NCBI GenBank assembly: GCA_963730935.1
Contig: CAVSTP010000004.1
Coordinates: 1,024,001 to 1,088,000 of the forward strand
DNA: 64,000 nucleotides
Direction of reading: 5' to 3'
Source: an uncultured Nitrospiraceae bacterium
GTDB lineage: Bacteria; Nitrospirota; Nitrospiria; Nitrospirales; Nitrospiraceae
In this document: positions 49,569 through 57,592 of the stretch, piece by piece
How the letters are laid out: the number at the start of each line of letters is the position of its first letter
How positions within the stretch are numbered: the stretch's first letter is position 1
Made by a program: the position numbers and the translations under genes
The notes under the pieces: model-generated
What the model was told of the DNA's origin: nothing
Databases searched by the model: none
The model's input: only the letters and a program-made list of their open reading frames with translations

Positions 49569-49641
49569 CGCGCAGCGGGGGTCCCTACACCGGGCGGGGG
49601 GGCGAGCACGACTGGACTGCCCGGAGACAGGACCGCAAGTT

Positions 49642-50292
49642 TCACTCTTTTCCTCCGCCCAGATAGGAGCGTTCGACGCCGAAAATAATTTTGAACGAGA
49701 GCGCGATGGTGCCCAGGCTGACGCCGATGAGAATGGCCCGGCGGACGGAGGCGTTGAGCACGTTGAGAATCCATTGGGAGACATCGCCGCTCAACGGAAG
49801 CAGATACTCACCGAGCGGTACGCGGCCCATCATGACGATCACCGCTGCCACCAGCAGCACAGCGGCCTCGCGGCTTCTTGCCCGGAACGAGCGGTAGGCC
49901 GCAGAGGCAATGAAGAATGCCAGGATGGCGAACATCGTGCCCTGCAAAGGCACCATCATGAAGCTATAGACCCAACCGAACCCCGTCATGGTGCCGTCGA
50001 GACTCTCTTTAAAATTCCCCACGACGCCGGCGATGACCGTCACGAGCATGCCGCCATACAGCACGAGGCTGTACCCCCATCCGGCTTCCTGCCGGCGAAT
50101 CTTGACGGCGTGCTGATGGAATAAACTCGAAACGCCGAGCACCAGGGCAAAGCCGCCGATGATTTGCAGCCACTTCGTGGCCGAGGTCAGCAGAAGTTCG
50201 GACGAGGGATGAGGGACATAGTATTGCCCGGCAAACAGAAGCCCGGTGATCATCGTGATCAGCAGCGGCAGCCGGCGGCGGAGAAAGATCAT
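49642..50292 (-). CDS. Polytopic membrane protein of the GlmL-like cluster
   Basis: About 6 TM helices; LAFFIASAAYRSFRARS motif; ATGA overlap with the upstream gene. Confidence 0.88.
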   Translation of the reverse strand: MIFLRRRLPLLITMITGLLFAGQYYVPHPSSELLLTSATKWLQIIGGFALVLGVSSLFHQHAVKIRRQEAGWGYSLVLYGGMLVTVIAGVVGNFKESLDGTMTGFGWVYSFMMVPLQGTMFAILAFFIASAAYRSFRARSREAAVLLVAAVIVMMGRVPLGEYLLPLSGDVSQWILNVLNASVRRAILIGVSLGTIALSFKIIFGVERSYLGGGKE

Positions 50293-51518
50293 TTGAGGTC
50301 CTTAAAGAGGTCCAGAAACAGCTGCGGCCACGCGCCTCCGGTAGCCACCCCGACCGTCGCGAGCAGGGTCCCGATCAAAATCACACTGAGGACGACCGCT
50401 TTACCGATGTCCTGGCCGCGGAGCGTGCCAATTTGGATCGGTTCCTTGGACAGGTAAGCGCTGGCCGCATACAGTTCCTCGCCGATCAGCGTGTAGTCAC
50501 ACGTCGTCACGAAGAACGGCAGTTGGTGATCGGAGTCGGTGCCGGCGATTTGGATCGCTCCCGTGCTGGCGCCGGTTTCGGTCAAGAGCAGCGATTCGGC
50601 AAAATACGACCCCATGAAAAAGTTCGCGGCGGGCTTCTTACGCAACATGATGCCGTCCACGGCCGCGGTGTAGCTGAATTGGTCGGCCGTGATGAAGAAG
50701 TTCGAGTCCTCTTTGAACAGGTCGGGCTTGCCCGCCTCCAGATAGGCCTGTTTGGTAATTTCCTGGCAGACCGCCATCGTAATAGGATCACGGTGAGGAA
50801 CCATCAGCTCCGTCTCATAGGAAGCCGTTCGCTTGGCCACCCGTCCGAGGATGACGGCCGCTGCGATCGTCGACGGATCGCTCATGTCATGGGCGCCCGT
50901 CAGATAGAGGATGGGTTTGCCCAACTCTGTCGCGCGTCCAATGGCCTCATCGACGGCATCCAGGCCGGGAATGCGACGCAAAAAGATGTTGTTCCGTTTC
51001 GCATGGCTGATCGCGTAGAAGACGAGCGCGCCGAAACCGAGGGCAAGAATCAAGTTGTTGAGCTGGTTCCAATTGAACCAATTGGCGTGAGGAGTTCCCT
51101 GGATCTGGGGTCCGACGGCCCGCTCCTCGCCTTTGCGCATGGCGACTGTGACCGGATAGGCGGTGCCATCCTTGAGCTCGACGCCCTTGCCGTTCCTGAT
51201 CACATACTGATGCCATGTCGGATCGGCAGCTCTTGTCCACCAGGCGCCCTTGGCATCTTTGACATAGCGGGTGTTCGCCGGAAACTCGGCGATGACCTTG
51301 AGCGAAGCCGGATCGTTGGCGCCGGGCTCACCGATGAGGACCTGATACTGCCCGTCGGCACTGTCGGAGGGACTGGGAGCCCAGACGACGGTCAGGCTCC
51401 CGCCGCCGTCATTCGGCGTATCGATGATGTGAAGACCGGCAGGAGCGGGAAGCGTAGCGTGAGCCAAGGAGTAAGAGAGGATACCAGCAAGACAGAGGAA
51501 AGCAGGGAACCCATTCAC
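50289..51518 (-). CDS. Exported FN3-like domain plus DUF6754-like membrane domain protein
   Basis: Signal peptide from GTG 51518 (..SYSLAHA), DTPND.GG.L.V.W FN3 start, TM, RRIPGLDA.DEAIGRATE.G.P, FAESL, LIGEE.YAA.AYL. The frame stays open upstream through the repeat to 51758. Confidence 0.82.
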   Translation of the reverse strand: MNGFPAFLCLAGILSYSLAHATLPAPAGLHIIDTPNDGGGSLTVVWAPSPSDSADGQYQVLIGEPGANDPASLKVIAEFPANTRYVKDAKGAWWTRAADPTWHQYVIRNGKGVELKDGTAYPVTVAMRKGEERAVGPQIQGTPHANWFNWNQLNNLILALGFGALVFYAISHAKRNNIFLRRIPGLDAVDEAIGRATELGKPILYLTGAHDMSDPSTIAAAVILGRVAKRTASYETELMVPHRDPITMAVCQEITKQAYLEAGKPDLFKEDSNFFITADQFSYTAAVDGIMLRKKPAANFFMGSYFAESLLLTETGASTGAIQIAGTDSDHQLPFFVTTCDYTLIGEELYAASAYLSKEPIQIGTLRGQDIGKAVVLSVILIGTLLATVGVATGGAWPQLFLDLFKDLK

Positions 51519-51522
51519 AATA

Positions 51523-51755
51523 AGGATGTTCAAAAAGGCGCTTTTTCTCACCCACCCATCCCCGGCGCGCCGAAACGCGCCGTTCCGCGGCCAAGGCCGC
51601 AGCCAGCGAAAGGCCAAAGAGGTACATACCAAGTTTCGCTTGAACCGCTCGCTTCGATCACATGCGAGCGGATAAGTACTTTGCCTCCAGTGAAACCGGA
51701 CCGTTGAAGGTATGAGCGATGTGAGAACGAAGCTGGAAACCTTTTTCAACATCCT
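51523..51755. repeat. Hairpin repeat element, copy 3 (shell plus modules)
   Basis: AGGATGTTCAAAAAGG / CCTTTTTCAACATCCT; contains a 73-bp module (51626-51698) nearly identical to 52939-53011. Confidence 0.9.
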
Positions 51756-52879
51756 CACGCGCCCTCGATCACCTCGATGTTGGTCCTTGGAATCACGGCT
51801 CTCGCTCCGTCGGCAAATCTGACCTCCAGCACGCGCACCTCGCTCTCGGTGGGAATACTGGCCAGATCGGACGGCAGGGCGGACACCTCCCCGATCTTCC
51901 CAAAGAGCGGATCCCGGATGATCCTGACCGAATCCCCCAGCCGGATGCCTGTTCGCTGGACATCCGCTGGCACACCGGCTGCTGTCGCCGTGCGGGGAAT
52001 GATGATCTCAGGACGAATCACCCCGGCCCTGATCTGTGTCGCGCCGGAGATCGAAGCCTTCTGTCTTGTGTGGGCGGACAGCAGCCGAAAGGTCTTGGAG
52101 GCCATTGGGATCGTTCCAAATCCCTCAGTGAGAATCAACGTAAAGCCCACCTGCTCGGTGCCGGTGATCGCCACCCCAAGGTCATACCCCAGGAGCGCGC
52201 GCAGATCCTTATCATGAATCCCGCCGACAACCAAGCCCGCGATGCCGAGTTGTTTGGCCTTGGCCATCGTTTCTGCCGGAAGAAAGGAGCCCCCGACTAC
52301 GATTTTTCCCTTCATGTCCGGTCTCAGGTGTCCCGGTCCCAGCGGTTCGTCGGGTGAGGCGACCGCGACCACCAACTCGCCCCAGGCCTCCCCGCCGATG
52401 CCGAAGATGCCCTGCACTAAGCTGCAGGCGGCTTCCACCACGACGCCTTGACGAGGGATCGTCTCGACAACTGTACCATCGATATACGCCAACAAATTGA
52501 GCACACGCGGTGGTTCCCGCAGCAACACCTGTCCGGTCACTTCAGACAGCGATTCGATCGTTCCCGCGACCGGAGAGCGGATCTCCGTTTTGAACCACTT
52601 GATCAGCGGCTTATTTTCCGCGAGGATTTCATCCTTCTGGACGGGATCGCCCTCTTTTTTGACCAGATAGTCCTTGATCTCGTCCGGTGCAATGCTGAGT
52701 TGATTCGCCAGATTGATCGGATAGACTTTCCCAGGTAGTTCGGCGCGGGCTACGGCCTGGTCGGACCGCACCCGATCGCCTGCCTTGACGAGCACTGTTC
52801 CGGGCAACGGCAAGAGCCGCCGGCGTCTCACCATCGTGCGATCGGCAACCGTCAGTCCTGGAGTATAGGAATGCGCCAT
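51755..52879 (-). CDS. Cytoplasmic protein with barrel-sandwich-hybrid (lipoyl-like) motifs and a C-terminal KOW motif
   Basis: VKAGDRV, KEGDPV.KDEILAE, SPVAGTI hybrid motifs; GDSVRIIRDPLFGKIGEV KOW; no TM. Confidence 0.82.
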   Translation of the reverse strand: MAHSYTPGLTVADRTMVRRRRLLPLPGTVLVKAGDRVRSDQAVARAELPGKVYPINLANQLSIAPDEIKDYLVKKEGDPVQKDEILAENKPLIKWFKTEIRSPVAGTIESLSEVTGQVLLREPPRVLNLLAYIDGTVVETIPRQGVVVEAACSLVQGIFGIGGEAWGELVVAVASPDEPLGPGHLRPDMKGKIVVGGSFLPAETMAKAKQLGIAGLVVGGIHDKDLRALLGYDLGVAITGTEQVGFTLILTEGFGTIPMASKTFRLLSAHTRQKASISGATQIRAGVIRPEIIIPRTATAAGVPADVQRTGIRLGDSVRIIRDPLFGKIGEVSALPSDLASIPTESEVRVLEVRFADGARAVIPRTNIEVIEGA

Positions 52880-52881
52880 AG

Positions 52882-53070
52882 CAAGTTGCTGAAAAAAGCC
52901 CTAGCTTCGTTCTCAGTCGCCTAGAACACTCGATGCCTCGGTTTTACTGGAGGCAAAGCACTTATCCGCTCGCATGTGATCGAAGCGAGCGGTTCAAGCA
53001 AAGCTTGGTATGTCCCTCCTCGGGTCCTTCACTCCTTGCGGCCTCGCTTAAGAGCTTTTTGAGCAACTTG
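52882..53070. repeat. Hairpin repeat element, copy 4 (inverted relative to copy 3)
   Basis: CAAGTTGCTGAAAAAAGC / GCTTTTTGAGCAACTTG; carries the 73-bp module in reverse orientation. Confidence 0.9.
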
Positions 53071-53090
53071 AACACATCTCAGCGAGCAGT

Positions 53091-54926
53091 TCAGGCCTTT
53101 CCCTTCGGATATAAATCCACTGCATCGAACCACTGGTTCAATGCTGCGACCCGCACAGACGACTCAGCCGGCAGTTGAAGCGGACGGCCACGCCCATCCA
53201 GCAGCAAGCCGACCACTCCGCCCAGCACGTCTCGCGTGACCGGTGCACCGGGTCCAGCCCCCGCATCGACAGACTTGGCCGGATGCAGCGTGATCGCCGC
53301 CTTTGCCCCGGCCTTCAGCTGATAATGCTTGAGAGCTCCGAAGAGCAGCCGGCCCTTCACGGTTCGGCCGTCGGCAAACGCAATGGCATACTCTGCACAG
53401 GTCTCGCCGTCTTTCCCCTGGCCGATCGGCGCCACGCAGGTGCCCAGGTAGATCATGCAGTCACGCACGAAGACATCCGTCGCGGCTTTCTCGTTGATGG
53501 TCGAAAGCACTCCGAGATGCGGCATCATGAAAATGCTATCGACGGACAACATTGTAAAACCCAACGGCTCATAGGCATCGACCATCATCAGCATGGACTG
53601 GATGCGACGGGGGGCATGCGAGAGAATGCCGCCGCTGCCGACGATCAAATTCAATTTCCGCATATCGATCAGCGTACGGCCGGACGTCTGTTGCTCGAAG
53701 ACATCGGAGATCGTACGCTCCTGCTGAACGCCCTTTAAGCCGGTGGCCAGCGATTTATGATGAATGAGCGCCAACCGCAAGGCCTCGCGGGCAATGGCGT
53801 GCTCGATCTGCAACTCGTCAAGCGTCTGCGGAATCGTCGTGGGCCGGATCATTTTATTCTTGATGCGGTTTCGAAGCGTCTGCTCGTCGATCGTAAAGGG
53901 CACCCAACGCATGATGTTGTCCAGTTTGGCCTCGGCCAGGACGTTGGAAATACTGTAGGACATGCCGAGATTCGCGCTGACGGTCCGGTTAAAGACCCCA
54001 TCAAAGACCGAAAACACGTCCGTCGTTGCACCCCCGATGTCGACGCCGATCAAGTTGAGGTGCTCACGCCTCGCAATGGTTTCCATGATGAGGCCGACCG
54101 CGGCAGGAGTCGGCATGATGGGGGCGCCCGCCATGTCGATCAGCTTCTTGTAGCCTGGGGCCTGCTGCATCACGTGCTCGAGAAAGAGATCATGGATCTT
54201 GTTCCGGGCGGGAGCCAGGTGTTCCTTCTCCAGCACGGGACGGATATTGTCCGTGACCTCCAAGGCCGTTTTGTCGCCCAGGATTTTCTTGACCTGTGAT
54301 TGGGCGTCCTTGTTGCCGGCATAAATCAGCGGCAGTTTGTAGGTTATGCCAAACCGTGGACGCGGTTCCGCAGCGGCGATGTACTCCGCCATCTCGACGA
54401 CGTGCGTGACGGCGCCGCCATCGGTGCCGCCCGACATCAGAATCATGTCCGGACGCATCGAGCGAATCCGCTCGATTTTCTCGTGAGGCAACCGGCCATC
54501 ATTGGAAGCCAGCACGTCGATCACGATCGCGCCGGCGCCCAGCGCCGCCCGCTGCGCACTTTCTCCAGTCATGTTCTGCACGACGCCGGTCACCATCATC
54601 TGCAGCCCGCCGCCGGCGCTGCTGGTGGAGATATAGATATCGACACCGGTCTGCGCATCCCGACAAGGCGTGATGATTTGATCACCGTCGAGAATTCTAC
54701 GCTTGGAGCGCTCCTCGATTTCCGCGATCGCGTTCAATACCCCGCGGGTCACGTCCTCAAACGGCGCCTCCACTGTCGTCGGCGCCTCCCCCCGGTACGT
54801 CTGGCGGTATTCGTCGCCGACCTTTTCGATCAAAATGGCCTTGGTCGTCGTGCTCCCGCAATCGGTCGCAACGATTACGTTCAATGGACGATCGCTCTTA
54901 GGTGGGACGGAGGCGGCAGCCGTCAT
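53091..54926 (-). CDS. GlmL/MutL-like (glutamate mutase L family) ASKHA-fold ATPase
   Basis: Phosphate-1 TDCGSTTTK, SSAGGGL, SGGTDGG, PTPAAV, phosphate-2 VDIGGATTDV, adenosine GSGG; C-terminal extension ending DGRGRP. Confidence 0.85.
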   Translation of the reverse strand: MTAAASVPPKSDRPLNVIVATDCGSTTTKAILIEKVGDEYRQTYRGEAPTTVEAPFEDVTRGVLNAIAEIEERSKRRILDGDQIITPCRDAQTGVDIYISTSSAGGGLQMMVTGVVQNMTGESAQRAALGAGAIVIDVLASNDGRLPHEKIERIRSMRPDMILMSGGTDGGAVTHVVEMAEYIAAAEPRPRFGITYKLPLIYAGNKDAQSQVKKILGDKTALEVTDNIRPVLEKEHLAPARNKIHDLFLEHVMQQAPGYKKLIDMAGAPIMPTPAAVGLIMETIARREHLNLIGVDIGGATTDVFSVFDGVFNRTVSANLGMSYSISNVLAEAKLDNIMRWVPFTIDEQTLRNRIKNKMIRPTTIPQTLDELQIEHAIAREALRLALIHHKSLATGLKGVQQERTISDVFEQQTSGRTLIDMRKLNLIVGSGGILSHAPRRIQSMLMMVDAYEPLGFTMLSVDSIFMMPHLGVLSTINEKAATDVFVRDCMIYLGTCVAPIGQGKDGETCAEYAIAFADGRTVKGRLLFGALKHYQLKAGAKAAITLHPAKSVDAGAGPGAPVTRDVLGGVVGLLLDGRGRPLQLPAESSVRVAALNQWFDAVDLYPKGKA

Positions 54927-55294
54927 CGACCCGATGCCCTCTGCATCGACGTTTTGGTTTCAATGAGGGCGATCAGCCGGGAGACGATATCCCGGCGTTC
55001 GAGCAGGCGGGCGACCCGCTCCATGTCCTTGCCGTCGAAGGCGCATTCGATGATGGGGGTCAGTACATGGAGCGCCTGGCTTCCCAGGAAGTTCATAGGG
55101 CCCATGGACTCGAGAAACATCGCGGCCGGAACCCCCATCCCACGCTTCACCAGCGCATCGGCGATGCGCTCCAGGAACTCCACATCATCAGTGCGGAGCA
55201 CCGAGGTGGCCGGCTCCGTCGCAAAGGCATGCCTGACGCCGTTACTCAACTGGCGTAGTCGGTTGGTGAGATGGTCCTTGGACAAGGGGCGCAT
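54923..55294 (-). CDS. Hypothetical protein (123 aa), first gene of the GlmL-like cluster
   Basis: Helical protein (IA..LVKRGM.VPA.MFLES..P); ATGA overlap with the ATPase gene. Confidence 0.78.
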   Translation of the reverse strand: MRPLSKDHLTNRLRQLSNGVRHAFATEPATSVLRTDDVEFLERIADALVKRGMGVPAAMFLESMGPMNFLGSQALHVLTPIIECAFDGKDMERVARLLERRDIVSRLIALIETKTSMQRASGR

Positions 55295-55360
55295 ACAACT
55301 GATCGGACAAGCGAAACGGAGGTTGGGGCATTATAAGAAGCGGCCGTAGAGGAGTCAATT

Positions 55361-56158
55361 TTACGGCCGTCCTTGACCGGCCTCTGGACCGCGTTGGGTG
55401 AGGAACGCATCGAGCATCGGCGCCAGTTTTTCGAACCAGCGGTCCGCCATGTGCGAATCGCCGATGGCATTGGGATGCGTGCCATCGTAGGTCATCGTGG
55501 ACGGATCAAGTCCACTGTATTGATTGACGAGGACGATCGGCGACTCAGCACGATTTTTATCGGCAACCAGTGCGGGCAAATTCCCGTTCAACACCGCAAT
55601 GGAAGGGACACCGGTCTTGGCGATTAGTTGCGCCAACAAGATTTGTATACGCGGGTTGACTTTCCTTAAGGCGTCGATGATGCCCCTGATGTCGTTCACC
55701 GTGCTGGCAACACTTTGCCCTCGGGAGAGATCGTTGGTTCCGATATGGATTAAGACGAAGTCCGGTGACGCAGCCGTGGCCCAGGTCTGTATGTGATTGA
55801 GAATTTCATCGGCCCTCCACCCGGCATGCCCTTCGTGGTCCATGTCGAAATCAGGGTTCGCCGGCGGGCCGTTCCCGACGCCATATTGGGAACCGACGAA
55901 ATCAATGTGATACCCCTGGTCGAGCAACACGTGCCAGAGATAGTAGCGGTAGCTGTTGAGCCGCCTGGTCGATTCCGTGATGGAATCCCCCAGCGGCATG
56001 ATCTTGACGGTGACCTTGGATCTCTGGGGAGCGGCGGGACTTGGGTTATCTGGGTTATCCGCTTGAGAACCGCAGGCCGCCACTGATCCGAAAAAGAGCA
56101 CGATGACGGCCGTGAGGCGGACGCACCATCGACGCTGAGTGAAACGGCGATCAGGCAT
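55361..56158 (-). CDS. SGNH/GDSL hydrolase lipoprotein
   Basis: Lipobox VAAC, GDSIT, HEGHAG, GTND, DGTHP. Confidence 0.9.
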   Translation of the reverse strand: MPDRRFTQRRWCVRLTAVIVLFFGSVAACGSQADNPDNPSPAAPQRSKVTVKIMPLGDSITESTRRLNSYRYYLWHVLLDQGYHIDFVGSQYGVGNGPPANPDFDMDHEGHAGWRADEILNHIQTWATAASPDFVLIHIGTNDLSRGQSVASTVNDIRGIIDALRKVNPRIQILLAQLIAKTGVPSIAVLNGNLPALVADKNRAESPIVLVNQYSGLDPSTMTYDGTHPNAIGDSHMADRWFEKLAPMLDAFLTQRGPEAGQGRP

Positions 56159-56272
56159 TGGTCAGGGAAAATAAGGAGGCCATTACCGCTGTCTGACTTT
56201 CGACGTTAACGGTGTTAGTTGTTTTGAGATACGAGGGAAATCGAGAGTGGAACTTGGTGGGGGCAACGGACT

Positions 56273-56887
56273 CTATGTAGCCAAGGTCTTTTGGCCGATC
56301 TTTCCCTCTGTCCCCTTCCACAATCGTACGATATTGTCCTTGTGTTTGATCCAGATCAGCGTGCTGACGACGATCGCGAAAATCAGAAACTCCTGCCGTT
56401 GCTCATTGACGATGGCGACGACAGGAAACAACCCGAAGGCGGCCAGCGCGCCCCCGGAAGAATAGCGCCAAATGGCGACCGCCCCCAGCCAAATCAGCAG
56501 GAGGAGAGCGCCGATCGACGGCGACAATCCCAGAACAGAACCCAGCGCGGTCGCGACACCTTTGCCTCCTTTGAAGGCCAGGAAGGGGGAAAAGATATGG
56601 CCGATGATCGGCGACAGCGCCGCAAGCATGATGAACGACTCCGTGTGAAGCCATTGCATCGCCGCCCAGCCGATTAGCCATCCTTTTCCCATATCGCCCA
56701 GCAGCGTCAGCACCCCGGCCTTTGCACCGGAAACCCGCAGCACGTTGGTAAACCCCACATTCTTGCTTCCCACGGCGCGGGGATCGGGAAGATTGAGCGC
56801 TTTCGAGACGACGATTCCAAACGGAATGGCGCCAAGTCCATAGCCGAGCGTCACCAGCAGCAGACAGAAGAGTTCTTCTTCCATCAT
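56273..56887 (-). CDS. plsY: Glycerol-3-phosphate acyltransferase
   Basis: GS.N.G.TNV.R, D..KG, GH, FKGGKGVAT, H..NI.RL..GTE. Confidence 0.95.
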   Translation of the reverse strand: MMEEELFCLLLVTLGYGLGAIPFGIVVSKALNLPDPRAVGSKNVGFTNVLRVSGAKAGVLTLLGDMGKGWLIGWAAMQWLHTESFIMLAALSPIIGHIFSPFLAFKGGKGVATALGSVLGLSPSIGALLLLIWLGAVAIWRYSSGGALAAFGLFPVVAIVNEQRQEFLIFAIVVSTLIWIKHKDNIVRLWKGTEGKIGQKTLAT

Positions 56888-56949
56888 CAGGAAAATCGTG
56901 TGAAAGAGTGACGGAGAGACCTACGGGGAGGCCGCGCGGTTCGCATCTT

Positions 56950-57546
56950 CTACAGGCCCTTGGCGATCACTTGTTTCCAGAAGCTCCACACGTAGAGGCC
57001 GCCGGATAGATATCCCAGCACGAGCGACAGGTACAGCGTCACGCTGCCGGCCAAATGCAGATTGCCCAGGTCCGAAAGCGCCGTACCCTCGAGGATCAAC
57101 ATCGTGATCGCCACGACCTGCAAGGCCATTTTGTACTTGCCCGTGGTCTCAGCTACGATGATCATCCCTTCGCCCGCCGCGATGGCACGGATCCCGGTCA
57201 CGGCGACTTCCCGAGCGATCACGAGAATCGCCACCAATGCGCTGACACGATCGACATTCACCAGGAGGATCAGTGCCGACAGCACAAGCAGCTTGTCGGC
57301 GATCGGATCGAGCAGCTTCCCCAGTTTCGTGATCTGGCCGGTCCGGCGGGCGATGTAGCCGTCCAGGAGATCGGTGATGGCGGCGACCACGAACACGACC
57401 GCCGCGCTCAAGGAGCGGTCCGGCGTCGGCGTAAAAAACAGCATCACAAAGACCGGGATCAAGAAAATGCGGACCAACGTGATGACGTTGGGGAGGTTCA
57501 GCGACTCCTGACCGACCGCTTTCCAGGCTTCCAGCACGCGATTCAT
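56950..57546 (-). CDS. pgsA: Phosphatidylglycerophosphate synthase
   Basis: NLPN.IT..R and D..DG.IAR..GQ.T.LG..LDP.ADK CDP-alcohol phosphotransferase motif. Confidence 0.94.
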   Translation of the reverse strand: MNRVLEAWKAVGQESLNLPNVITLVRIFLIPVFVMLFFTPTPDRSLSAAVVFVVAAITDLLDGYIARRTGQITKLGKLLDPIADKLLVLSALILLVNVDRVSALVAILVIAREVAVTGIRAIAAGEGMIIVAETTGKYKMALQVVAITMLILEGTALSDLGNLHLAGSVTLYLSLVLGYLSGGLYVWSFWKQVIAKGL

Positions 57547-57592
57547 ATCTTCCGTATCCTTTGCTCACACATCGATTACAGTCATGGTGCGC

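Noticed and set aside
30138..53070. CRISPR array or autonomous IS explanation for the repeats
   Set aside because: Copies are dispersed rather than tandem with spacers; no cas or transposase ORF is in the window.
53091..54926. Calling this gene mismatch-repair mutL or inferring a glutamate mutase pathway
   Set aside because: The fold is ASKHA, not GHKL, and no glmS/glmE is in the window.
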